Source: an uncultured Actinomycetes bacterium (GTDB taxonomy: Bacteria > Actinomycetota > UBA4738 > HRBIN12). Taken from it: a stretch of DNA of 64,000 nucleotides. Where the stretch lies: the NCBI GenBank assembly GCA_963817235.1, contig CAWFNS010000006.1, positions 268,163-332,162 on the forward strand, written 5' to 3'. The stretch's first letter is position 1, and the number at the start of each line of letters is the position of its first letter. Below, piece after piece: positions 1 through 8,859 of the stretch. Under the pieces are notes generated by a model. The model was given only the letters and a program-made list of their open reading frames with translations, had not been told where the DNA came from and did not search any database. The position numbers and the translations under genes were made by a program.

Positions 1-563
1 TTGCTCCAGATGTGCTCGGGCAGGATGTAGACCCAGGCGGGATACAGGGGGGCGCTCGTCGGCTTCGACGTCTTCCAGACGAACGTCTGGTCGTCGGGGG
101 CGCTGAAGCTGTTCGCCGTGGTGAAGGGGAAGTAGCTGGTCAGGGTCCCGATGTCGTTCTGCAGGACGAACCGGTAGGTCCACAGGACGTCCTTCGAGGT
201 CACCGGCTGGCCGTCCTGCCACGTCGCGCCCGGCCGCATCTTGAACGTCCACGTCAGCCCGTCCGCGCTCTGGGTGGGCATCTCCGCGAGACCGGGCGAC
301 GCCGCGAGGTCCTTCTGACCGAACTGGAGCAACAGGTCGTAGTTGAGCTCCAGGATCTCGTACTCCGAGCTGGAGATGGCGGTGAAGGGGTTCGTGTACT
401 TGATGTCGGCGGTGGTGCCCTCGACGAAGTCGACCTTCTTCGAGGGCGAGGTCGAGGGCGTCGAAGAACTCTGTCCGAACGCGCCGTTGGGCGAGGCGAG
501 GATCATGAGGGCGGCGATCGTCACCGCCGCCACGCCGGCTCGAACCAGGGTGCGCTTCCTCAT
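1..563 (-). CDS. ABC transporter substrate-binding protein, family 5 (peptide/nickel type); N-terminal 187 aa, continues beyond window start
   Basis: Absent from ORF track (no stop in window). Minus-strand ATG at 563-561 preceded by GGGAGA. Translation MRKRTLVRAGVAAVTIAALMILASPNGAFG (signal peptide) ...GLTWTFKMRPGATWQDGQPVTSKDVLWTYRF... is a typical SBP family 5 N-terminus; frame stays open to position 1. Confidence 0.8.
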   Translation of the reverse strand, partial: MRKRTLVRAGVAAVTIAALMILASPNGAFGQSSSTPSTSPSKKVDFVEGTTADIKYTNPFTAISSSEYEILELNYDLLLQFGQKDLAASPGLAEMPTQSADGLTWTFKMRPGATWQDGQPVTSKDVLWTYRFVLQNDIGTLTSYFPFTTANSFSAPDDQTFVWKTSKPTSAPLYPAWVYILPEHIWS

Positions 564-709
564 CCCGCTGTCTCCCTTCGCCACGCCTACGCTTCCTCCC
601 CGTTGCTACGTATGCCGGGCCTGCCGTGGTCGGGAGATGGCCGGGCGTTCCACGAGGGAGTCTGTATAGCACTGCGGGTCCCGGCCGCGCTAGCGACGTT
701 CGAGCGCCC

Positions 710-1813
710 TCAGACGCCGGCGCCGGCGAGGTCGATCTCCTCGTACTCGTGCTCGCAGGGGTTGCCCGGGGCGACCCACAACCGGCCGGCTGTCGGGTCG
801 GCGATCATCGAGAACATGCAGGCAGACGCCTCGTCGCCCTCCTCCGGGTCCGCGTGCAGGCAGATCGCCTGCGGGGACGACCGGTGATCCCGCATGACCT
901 CCATGAGATCCTCCGGCCCTTCGATCGGCCGCTCGGCGAGGAGCTCCTCCAGGCGCTCGAGGCGGGCGACCGATCCCTCCGACGGCGCGGGGGCAAGGCT
1001 CGCCAGATCGCTCCGATAGTGGTTCGTGTGGGCCGAGGCGCCCTCGAGGAGCCGGTGCTCCCGTCCGCTCGTCTCCAGCGTGAAGGCGTCGCCGTCGGCG
1101 AACGCGAAGACGTGCCCGTAGCCGCCCGCCCGCCCGAGCATCGCCCCGCGTGCGATGGCGTCGTGGCGATCGCGCGCTTCGAGCGCGCTCCGCGACACGA
1201 GCACCCTCGGCACCCCGACGCCGTCGTCGACGGCGGTGAGGGAGCCGATCCCCTGCGCCGTTCCATGGCCGTTCAAGCCGACCGCGGGCAGGCAGCAGAC
1301 CACCGTCGGGCTGGCGACCGGGACCCGCCCGCCCGCCGGCCGGTCGAGCAGGACCGCGATGTTCCCGGCGTCGCCGGCGAGCCAATGCTCGTTGTGGGCG
1401 AGCAGCGTATGTCCGTCGAGCAGACGCACCGACACGCTCGAGCACCGTTCGGGCGGCGAGGGCTTCTCGAGGTACCCCTCCTTCCGCTGGAGGAAGAGCA
1501 GTTCACCCTCCGGGGACTCGAGGAGGGGCTCGAGCTCCTCGAAGGCGTTGATCGCGAACAGCTCGAGCACGGGAACGAGCGCGCCGACGGCCATGCCCTT
1601 CAGGACGCTCATCATGTCCGGGTACGCGGTCTCGGCGGCGACCAGGTACGGGGTGAGCAGGTCCTGCAGCTGCTCCGAGGACACACCGCGGCGGTCCAGG
1701 TACCGGTGGTAGAAGCCGACCGAGGCCTGGATCAGATCGCGGAGCTCGACGCCGATCTGGGTGCCGCGCGCGATGCCGTCGCCCTCCGCGCGCACCACCC
1801 GGAGCGGGCTCAC
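710..1813 (-). CDS. C45 family peptidase / acyl-CoA:6-aminopenicillanic-acid acyltransferase-like protein
   Basis: C-terminal 367 codons of track ORF 710..3094. GTG at 1813 overlaps upstream stop (GTGA). Motifs CSSVSVRL..GHTLLAHNEHW, AVGLNGHGTAQGIGSL, GGYGHVFAFADGDAF. Confidence 0.8.
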   Translation of the reverse strand: MSPLRVVRAEGDGIARGTQIGVELRDLIQASVGFYHRYLDRRGVSSEQLQDLLTPYLVAAETAYPDMMSVLKGMAVGALVPVLELFAINAFEELEPLLESPEGELLFLQRKEGYLEKPSPPERCSSVSVRLLDGHTLLAHNEHWLAGDAGNIAVLLDRPAGGRVPVASPTVVCCLPAVGLNGHGTAQGIGSLTAVDDGVGVPRVLVSRSALEARDRHDAIARGAMLGRAGGYGHVFAFADGDAFTLETSGREHRLLEGASAHTNHYRSDLASLAPAPSEGSVARLERLEELLAERPIEGPEDLMEVMRDHRSSPQAICLHADPEEGDEASACMFSMIADPTAGRLWVAPGNPCEHEYEEIDLAGAGV

Positions 1814-2379
1814 GCGACGGTGGCCTCGCGTCCGGCCAGCGCCTGCGCCTCGATGGCCGACGATGAAGTCCGTCTTGCCGTCGACGTAGGCCATGATGTC
1901 GCGCGGATGCGCGGCGGCGAGTCGGCGTTTGAGCTCCGCGTACGCCGCCGCGTCGTCCGGGTGCTCGCGCAGCCAGTCGCGGAACGCAAGGTGCCGCGAT
2001 CTCCCACTCCGAACCCGCGACGCAGACGTGGATCTGGAACCGGCGCTCGCGCGTCGACGTCGCGGCTGAAGTACTCGCGGTCGGGGCGGATCGGATCGAG
2101 CGTATGCCGGTAGCCGAGCCGCTCGAGTGCCGGCACGTAGTCGTCGCGAGGTTCGAGCGTCGCGAGGGAGACCTGGATGTCGACGATCGGCTTCGCGGCG
2201 AGGCCCGGGACCGACGTCGACCCCACGTGGTCGATCCGGAGGGCGGCGGCGCCGAGCGCTCCGCGGATTCGATGCGATTCCTCCTCGAACGACGTCGGCC
2301 ACGCCGGATCGGGCTCCTCGAGCCGATAGTCGCGGCTCCTCCCAACCGTCTGCCCGTCGCGGGCTCGCGATCCCCGCAT
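1810..2379 (-). pseudogene. GrpB family protein, frame-disrupted (about 3 breaks near 2048, 1997, 1868)
   Basis: YRLEEPDPAWPTSFEEE..IDHVGSTSVPGLAAKPIVDIQVSL (frame of ORF 1810..2691), then RFQIHVCVAGSEWE (frame of 1503..2345), then HLAFRDWLREHPDDAAAYAELKRRLA..YVDGKTDFIV (frame of 710..3094), then AIEAQALAGREATVA-stop. N-terminal boundary inferred: no stop codon in any frame separates it from the upstream gene. Confidence 0.6.
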
Positions 2380-3128
2380 GCGCGCGAGCAGCGCGAGCGC
2401 GTCGAAGAGCGACTGCTGGGCGGGGTCGCTCTCCGCGGTGTCTTCCGGATGCCACTGCACCCCGACCATCCAGGGCTCGCGAGTCGTGCAGCGGTCGGTC
2501 GAGCTCGATCGCCTCGACCAATCCGTCCGAGGAACGACCCGTCGCCACGAGGCCCTCGCCGACACGATCGACCCCCTGGTGGTGGTGCGAGGAGGCGACG
2601 AGGTTCGAGGACTTCGTGGTCGCGAACAGGCGGCTGCGCTGCTCGACCGCGACGTCGTGCAGCGACTGCGTGTCCAGGACGGGCACGCCATGCTCGAGCA
2701 TCCCGTCGAGGTCGGGCAGGTGCGGATGCAGCGTCCCCCCGAACGCGACGTTCATGACCTGCATGCCGCGGCAGATGCAGAGGGTCGGCATGCCGGTTCG
2801 CACCGCTTCGTGCAGCAGCCCGATCTCCAGCGCGTCCCGGTCGGGCTCGACGCCGTAGATGTGCGCGGCGTCGGGCGGGCCGCCGTACCGCGCGGGATCG
2901 ACGTCGCCGCCGCCGACCAGGAGCAGCCCGTCGAAGGGCTCGAGCAGCTCTTCCGGGTCGCCCTCCTCACCCGGCGAGAGGATCGCGGTTCGGGCGCCGG
3001 CCCGCCGGAGCGCCTCGAGGTACGGCGCCGGCACGCCGTAGCCGCCGTGCGGCCATCGCGCCACCCGGTCCCCGCCGAGGTGGTAGGCCACCACGGCGAT
3101 CGAGGGCGCGGTAGCGCGGTTCGCTCAT
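2380..3128 (-). CDS. Gamma-glutamyl-GABA hydrolase-like class I glutamine amidotransferase (peptidase C26, PuuD-like), 2 frame breaks (~3100, ~2473), stop codon not identifiable
   Basis: ATG at 3128 overlaps upstream stop (ATGA): MSEPRYRA, then shift to PSIAVVAYHLGGDRV...MPTLCICRGMQVMNVAFGGTL...HHHQGVDRVGEGL, then shift to PWMVGVQWHPED. 3' end approximate. Confidence 0.65.
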
Positions 3129-3847
3129 CGCGTTCCCCGGCAGACCTCGACGAACCGGCGGAAGGTCTCGCGGCCGCGAGCCTCGTGCGCGGCCATGTGC
3201 TCGGCGATCTCGGCGCGGAGCGCGGCGGGCGACTTCCCCCACGTCTGCTTCGAGGTCCTCCTGCGCGCTCGCGACCGAAACCCAGTACTCGGCCTCTGCC
3301 GTGTCGACCTCCGCGTGGAACTGGGTCGCCCACGTCGTCTCGCCGACCCGCATCGCCTGGATCGGCACGGCGTCGCCCGTGGCAGGAGCGGCTCGGCGCC
3401 CTCCGGCAGGTCGAACCCGTCCATGTGCCACTGGAAGACCATCGCGCCGTCCTCGTAGTGCCCGAGCACCGGATCGCCGGCTCCGTCGACCGCCAGCCGG
3501 ATCGGCTCGAAGCCGATCTCGCGGAGGGGCGCCTTCGAGACCCCGGCGCCGAGGGACCAGGCGAGGACCTGCGCGCCGAAGCAGAGGCCGAGGAAGGGGA
3601 CGTCGCGTTCCACCGCCTCGGCCGTGAGGTCGGCGACCGCCTTGATGAACGGCTGCTCGTCGGCGTGCTCGATGTTGAAGGTGCTGCCGAACACGACGAC
3701 GCCGGAGACCGTCGAGAGGTCCGGCCGCGGCGCGGCGGGATCGATCGCCTCCCAGACGTCGACCGGCGCGCCCGCGGCGGCGGCGGCGGCGCGCGCGCCG
3801 CCGAACGTCTCGACCGCGTCGCATCGCACGAACAGGAGCGGATCCAC
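3125..3847 (-). CDS. Class I (type 1) glutamine amidotransferase, 2 frame breaks (~3381, ~3252)
   Basis: GTG at 3847; VVFGSTFNIEHADEQPFIKA..DVPFLGLCFGAQVLAWSLGA..MVFQWHMDGFDLP (ORF 3125..4471), then GDAVPIQAMRVGETTWATQFHAEVD (ORF 2967..3824), then back to ..RAEIAEHMAAHEARGRETFRRFVEVCRGTR-stop. Confidence 0.7.
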   Translation of the reverse strand: MDPLLFVRCDAVETFGGARAAAAAAGAPVDVWEAIDPAAPRPDLSTVSGVVVFGSTFNIEHADEQPFIKAVADLTAEAVERDVPFLGLCFGAQVLAWSLGAGVSKAPLREIGFEPIRLAVDGAGDPVLGHYEDGAMVFQWHMDGFDLPEGAEPLLPRATPCRSRRCGSARRRGRPSSTRRSTRQRPSTGFRSRARRRTSKQTWGKSPAALRAEIAEHMAAHEARGRETFRRFVEVCRGTR

Positions 3848-3867
3848 GGCGGCGAGTCTAGTGCCGC

Positions 3868-5829
3868 TCAGGGCGCCGGTTCGGCCAGGACCGATTCCGC
3901 AAGGAGGGTCGCGACGTCCGCGACGCGGACCTCGGAGCCCTTCGCCTTCGCGGCGTCGTCGAGCATCACGAAGCAGTACGGACAGGCGACCGCCACGGTA
4001 TCGGCGCCGGTGCCCTCCGCCTCGGCGAACCGCGTGTCGTTGATCCTGGCGTCGCCGCCCTCCTCCATCCACATGCGCGCCCCCCCGGCGCCGCAACAGA
4101 ACGAGCGCTCGCGGTTCCTCGGCATCTCCACGGCGCCGGCGCCCGTCGAGCGGAGCACGTCGCGCGGGGCGTCGAAGCGACCGTTGTGCCGTCCGAGGTA
4201 GCAGGCGTCGTGGTACGTGACCGTGCCGCTCGCCGGCGCCGCCGTTCCGAGCCGGCCGTCGCGGATCAGGCTGGCCAGCAGCTCGGTGTGGTGCACGACC
4301 TCGTAGCTGCCGCCGTAGTCGGGGTATTCGTTGGCGAGCGTGTTGAAGCAGTGCGCGCAGCTGGCGACGATCTTCGTGACGCCGGCGCCGTTGAGCGTGT
4401 CGACGTTCTGCTCGGCGAGCGTCTGGAACAGGTACTCGTGCCCCATCCGCCGGGCGGGGTCGCCCGTGCATCGCTCGCGCGGCCCGAGGATCGCGACGTC
4501 GATGCCGGCCGCGGTCAGCAGGCGCGCGATCGAGCGGGTCGTGGCCTTCGCGCGTTCGTCGAACGCGCCGGCGCAGCCGACCCAGAACAGCACCTCGGGG
4601 GCCGGTTCGCCGGGCTCGAGGACGTGGATCCCGTCAAGCCCCTGGGTCCACTCGGTCCGAGCCGAAGCGGGCTGGCCCCAGGGGTTCTCCGAGGTCTCGA
4701 CGCCCCGGAGCATGGCGCCCGCCTCCGGGGGGAACCGCGACTCGGCCATCACGAGGTTCCGTCGCAGATCCACGATCGTGTCGACGTGCTCGATGTCGAC
4801 GGGGCACTCCCGCACGCACGCGCCGCACGTCACGCAGTCCCACACGACCTCGTCGGTGACGGCGTTCGGGACGAGCGGCTGGAGCTCGACGATCCCACCC
4901 GAGGCCGCGGAAAGGATCGCCGGCGCTTCGGCGACCACCTGGTCGCGGAGGCCCATGATCAGCAGCTTCGGCGAGAGCGGCTTGCCGGTGCTCCACGCCG
5001 GACACACTTCCTGGCAACGACCGCACTCCGTGCACGAGTAGAGATCGAGGACCTGCTTGCGCGTCAGGTCGGTGGCGACCGCGGCGCCGAACCGAGTGTC
5101 TTCCTCCGTTCCCTCGAGGTCGATGCGGAGCGGCTCGAGGTAGCCGCTCGGCGCGTTCTTCGCGAGGTAGACGTTCGGCGCCGCCGTGATGATGTGCAGG
5201 TGCTTCGACTTCGGCAGGTAGGTGAGGAAGCCGAGGACGAGCAGCAGGTGCGCCCACACGAGGATGCGCTCCGCCACCTCGGTCGACCGGCCGCCGGAGA
5301 ACAGCGACGAGAGGGCGTTCGCGACGGGCGCCGCGTCCGGGTGATCGGCGTAGCCGAGCGCGATGCGGCTCGCGTTCCACAGCAGCAGCGTGGTCACGAT
5401 GCCGAGGATCGTGAGGAGGATCCGGTCGGCCTCCTGCATGTGGGAGCCGCGGAACCGATCCGGTCGCTGCACCTTCCGGATGAAGAACGCGACCCCGACG
5501 CCAACGATGACAAGGGCCGCGAACAGGTCTTGCAGGAAGGCGAACCACGCGGCGTGACCGAGGTACGGCAGGGTCCACGCCGGGTCGATCACCGCGAGCA
5601 TCGCCTCGGCGATCGTCGGCAGCAGGATCAGGAACCCCCAGAAGATCGTCGCGTGCATCGCGCCGGGGATCGCCTTCTGGAAGAGCTTGCGCTGGCCGAG
5701 GACCTGGACGAGCTCCCGGCGGGCCCGGGCTCCGGGACGGTCGATCCGGCCCGCCGGCCGGGCGGCGCGGACGATGTCGAGCCGCGGTCGCCCGCGAGCG
5801 ACGAAGAGTGCGACGGCGGTCGCCAGCAC
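3868..5829 (-). CDS. etfD: Membrane-anchored (Fe-S)-binding oxidoreductase with two 4Fe-4S motifs and two CCG domains, EtfD (Rv0338c)-like
   Basis: ORF 3868..6096. TM-rich N-terminus, CTECGRCQEVCP and CVTCGACVRECP ferredoxin motifs, C-terminal CCG motifs (SFCCGAGG). True start uncertain (GTG 5829 or CTG 5853 overlapping etfA stop); the upstream part of the track ORF is antisense-type low complexity. Confidence 0.8.
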   Translation of the reverse strand: MLATAVALFVARGRPRLDIVRAARPAGRIDRPGARARRELVQVLGQRKLFQKAIPGAMHATIFWGFLILLPTIAEAMLAVIDPAWTLPYLGHAAWFAFLQDLFAALVIVGVGVAFFIRKVQRPDRFRGSHMQEADRILLTILGIVTTLLLWNASRIALGYADHPDAAPVANALSSLFSGGRSTEVAERILVWAHLLLVLGFLTYLPKSKHLHIITAAPNVYLAKNAPSGYLEPLRIDLEGTEEDTRFGAAVATDLTRKQVLDLYSCTECGRCQEVCPAWSTGKPLSPKLLIMGLRDQVVAEAPAILSAASGGIVELQPLVPNAVTDEVVWDCVTCGACVRECPVDIEHVDTIVDLRRNLVMAESRFPPEAGAMLRGVETSENPWGQPASARTEWTQGLDGIHVLEPGEPAPEVLFWVGCAGAFDERAKATTRSIARLLTAAGIDVAILGPRERCTGDPARRMGHEYLFQTLAEQNVDTLNGAGVTKIVASCAHCFNTLANEYPDYGGSYEVVHHTELLASLIRDGRLGTAAPASGTVTYHDACYLGRHNGRFDAPRDVLRSTGAGAVEMPRNRERSFCCGAGGARMWMEEGGDARINDTRFAEAEGTGADTVAVACPYCFVMLDDAAKAKGSEVRVADVATLLAESVLAEPAP

Positions 5830-5849
5830 GACGGCGAGGGCGAGCGCGC

Positions 5850-6812
5850 TCAGGAGCTGGTGCGTCGGCGGATCTCCTCGGTGAGGGCGGGGATCACCTG
5901 GAACACGTCGCCGACCACGCCGAGGTCGGCCATCTTCAGGATCGGTGCGTCGGCGTCCTTGTTGATCGCGACGATCCGCTTCGCACCTTTCATCCCCACG
6001 ATGTGCTGCAGGGCGCCGCTGATCCCGGCCGCGATGTAGACCTCCGGCTTCACGGTCTTGCCCGTCTGCCCGATCTGGTAGCTGTAGGGGACCCACCCGG
6101 CGTCGACCGCGGCCCGGGACGCGCCCACGGCCGCGCCGCCGATCGCCGCGGCGAGCGCGTCGAGCATCGCGAACGCCTCGGGACCGCCAAGGCCCCGTCC
6201 GCCGGAGACCACGACCTTCGCCTCCTCGAGCTTCGGGCCGCTCGCAACCTCCTCGTGGCGTTCGAGCAACCGAGCTCCGCGCTCGGCCTCGGGGATCTCG
6301 GACGGAACCGCGACCACCTCCGCCGTGCCGTCGGTCCGAGCCGGAGCCACCGAACGGGGGCGGACCAGGACGAGGTGGGGCTCGGGGCCGGACAGCTGGA
6401 CGTCGACGACCTTCATCCCGCCGAAGATCTCGGTGCGCGCCCGGTCGGTGCCGACGACGTCGATCGCGTTGGCCATCAGCGTCGAGCCGGTCCGCGCCTG
6501 CAGCCGGCCGGCGACGTCGCGACCCTCGTACGTCCCCGGGAACAGCACGATCGACGGTCGGTGCTCCTCGATCAGGCCCGCGACCGCGAAGGTCTGCGGC
6601 CCGCCGGCGAAGCTCGAGAACACCTCGTCGTCGGAGGCGAAGACCGTGGTGGCCCCGTGCGCGCCGAGCTCCGCGGCGGCATCGGTGGCGCCGGGTCCGA
6701 GCGCGATCGCCGCGACCTCGGCACCCAGCGAGCGCGCGATGGTCAGGAGCTCCGCCGCGGACTCGTGGACATGACCGCCCACCATCTCGGCGTAGACCCA
6801 GGCCGCCCCCAC
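5850..6812 (-). CDS. etfA: Electron transfer flavoprotein subunit alpha
   Basis: Intact 320-aa ORF; C-terminal FAD-binding signature VYIAAGISGALQHIVGMKGAKRIVAINKDADAPI. Confidence 0.93.
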   Translation of the reverse strand: MGAAWVYAEMVGGHVHESAAELLTIARSLGAEVAAIALGPGATDAAAELGAHGATTVFASDDEVFSSFAGGPQTFAVAGLIEEHRPSIVLFPGTYEGRDVAGRLQARTGSTLMANAIDVVGTDRARTEIFGGMKVVDVQLSGPEPHLVLVRPRSVAPARTDGTAEVVAVPSEIPEAERGARLLERHEEVASGPKLEEAKVVVSGGRGLGGPEAFAMLDALAAAIGGAAVGASRAAVDAGWVPYSYQIGQTGKTVKPEVYIAAGISGALQHIVGMKGAKRIVAINKDADAPILKMADLGVVGDVFQVIPALTEEIRRRTSS

Positions 6813-6813
6813 C

Positions 6814-7578
6814 TCAGATCACCTTCGCCTCGGCGAGCAGCTCGACGATGCGACCGACCGCCGCATCGCCCTGGACGATCTCGCCGCCGCCCTTCGCCGC
6901 GGCGTCGACGACCTCGATCACCGTCTGCCCGCTGCGCAGGTCTTCGGCCGTGAGGCCGAGGTCGGCGGCCGTGAGCCGCTCGAGCGGCTTCTGCTTCGCC
7001 TGCATGATCCCCTTCAGGCTCGGGTAGCGCGGCTCGGTGGCGCCGGCGGTGACGGTCACGAGCGCGGGGGTCGGGCACGCGAAGACGTCGTAGCCCCCCT
7101 CGGTCTGCCGCTCGACGCGCAGAGCGTCTCCCTCGATCTCCAGCGCGCGCACCGCCGTGACGCTGGCGTAGCCGAGCAGCGCCGCAACCGTCACCGGCAC
7201 CGTCCCCGTGTAGCCGTCCGTCGACTCGACGCCCGCGATCACCAGCTCGGCCGGCTGCCGCCGCACGGCCGCCGCGAGCACACGGGCGGTGACCAGCGCG
7301 TCGGCGCCGCGGAGCGCCGGATCCGTGACCAGCACGCCGCGGTGCGCGCCCATCGCGAGGGCGCGCTGCACGCCGGCGAGCGCCTCGTCGGGTCCCATCG
7401 AGATCGCGGTGATCTCTCCGCCGTGGCGCTCGACGAGCTGGAGCGCCAGCTCGAGGCCGTACTCGTCGCCCGGGTCGAGGGCGCCCTCGACCCCGGTGCG
7501 GACCAGGAGGTGATCGGGGCCGAGCGTCGGGGTCCCCTGCGGGTTCGGCACGTACTTCGTGCAGACGACCACGTTCAT
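6814..7578 (-). CDS. etfB: Electron transfer flavoprotein subunit beta
   Basis: Intact 254-aa ORF MNVVVCTKYVPNP..., 1-nt gap to etfA. Confidence 0.93.
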   Translation of the reverse strand: MNVVVCTKYVPNPQGTPTLGPDHLLVRTGVEGALDPGDEYGLELALQLVERHGGEITAISMGPDEALAGVQRALAMGAHRGVLVTDPALRGADALVTARVLAAAVRRQPAELVIAGVESTDGYTGTVPVTVAALLGYASVTAVRALEIEGDALRVERQTEGGYDVFACPTPALVTVTAGATEPRYPSLKGIMQAKQKPLERLTAADLGLTAEDLRSGQTVIEVVDAAAKGGGEIVQGDAAVGRIVELLAEAKVI

Positions 7579-7633
7579 GCCGGCAGCCTACCCGGGGCGT
7601 CCGCGGGGCTGCACGCGGCCGCAAGTGCCGTAT

Positions 7634-8824
7634 ATGGTTCTCGACGTGGGTGGCGGCACCGGTCCCGGCGTGAGCGACGCATCCACGACGCTCCCCTCGT
7701 CCCTCGAGGGCGTGACGGTCGCCGACTTCTCGCGCGTGCTCGCGGGGCCACTCGCGACGATGCTCCTCGCGGACCTCGGCGCGGACGTGATCAAGATCGA
7801 ACGCCCCGACGGCGGCGACGACACGCGAGCGTGGGGACCGCCGTGGGCGCCCGGCGGTGAGAGCAGCTACTTCCTCGGCGTGAACCGCAACAAGCGCAGC
7901 GTCACGCTGGAGCTGACCGATCCGGCGGATCTCGCGGTGGCGCGCGCGCTGGCGGCGCGGGCCGACGTCGTGATCGAGAACTTCCGGCCCGGCGTGATGG
8001 CGCGCTTCGGGCTGGACGAACCGACGCTGCGAGCCGAGCATCCCGCCCTGATCTACTGCCGGATCCTCGGCATCGGGCGCGGCGACGTCGCCGGATACGA
8101 CTTCCTGGCGCAGGCCGTCGGCGGCCTGATGAGCGTGACGGGCGAACCCGACCGCGAGCCGCTGAAGGTCGGCGTCGCGCTCGTGGACGTGATGGCGGGC
8201 CTCCACGCGACGATCGGCATCCTCGCGGCCCTCCGGCACCGTGAACGGACCGGAGAGGGGCAGCTGGTCGAGGTGGACCTGCTCTCGACGACCCTGTTCG
8301 CGCTCGCGAACCAGGCCTCCGGGTACCTGACCGCCGGCGTGGTGCCCGGCCGGATGGGGAACCGCCATCCGAGCATCGCGCCGTACGAGACGCTGCCGAC
8401 GGCCGACGGGGCCATCGTGGTCGCGGTGGGGAACGACGCGCAGTTCCGGACGTTCTGTGTCCTGCTCGGGGGCGGCGAGCTCGCCGACGACCCTCGGTTC
8501 GCGACGAACGGCGACCGCGTGGTCCACCGCGACGCGCTCGGGGCGGCCCTGGCGGCGTTGCTGGCCAGCAAGACGGCGGCGGCGTGGATCGACCTGCTCC
8601 GCGCCGCCGGCATCCCGTGCGGGGTCGTGCACGACGTCGCGGAGGCGTTCGCGTACGCTCGCACCGTGGGGCTGGACCCCGTGGTGCGCGTTCCTCGATC
8701 CGACGGCACGACCGTCGACACCGTCGCGAACCCGCTCTCGCTGTCCCGGACCCCGCCGCGGTACCGTTCGGCGCCGCCGCGCCTCGGCGAACACGCCGAC
8801 GAGGTCCGCGCCGAGGGCGGGTGA
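7634..8824 (+). CDS. Family III CoA-transferase (CaiB/BaiF), likely succinyl-CoA:glutarate-type given neighbour
   Basis: ORF 7559..8824; VTVADFSRVLAGPLATMLLADLGADVIKIERP..GDDTRAWGPP, NFRPGVMARFGL. Start ATG 7634 or GTG 7670. Confidence 0.85.
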   Translation: MVLDVGGGTGPGVSDASTTLPSSLEGVTVADFSRVLAGPLATMLLADLGADVIKIERPDGGDDTRAWGPPWAPGGESSYFLGVNRNKRSVTLELTDPADLAVARALAARADVVIENFRPGVMARFGLDEPTLRAEHPALIYCRILGIGRGDVAGYDFLAQAVGGLMSVTGEPDREPLKVGVALVDVMAGLHATIGILAALRHRERTGEGQLVEVDLLSTTLFALANQASGYLTAGVVPGRMGNRHPSIAPYETLPTADGAIVVAVGNDAQFRTFCVLLGGGELADDPRFATNGDRVVHRDALGAALAALLASKTAAAWIDLLRAAGIPCGVVHDVAEAFAYARTVGLDPVVRVPRSDGTTVDTVANPLSLSRTPPRYRSAPPRLGEHADEVRAEGG

Positions 8825-8859
8825 ACGGAAGGAGGCCGAAGGCGGCCCAAGGAGGATGG

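Noticed and set aside
6743-8794. 683-aa minus-strand ORF, and similar long ORFs (46589..48562 plus, 38122..39183 minus, 42955..44184 minus, 44600..45874 minus)
   Set aside because: All are antisense or offset frames of genes with clear homology on the other strand or frame. Their composition is dominated by R, G, P, A, D.
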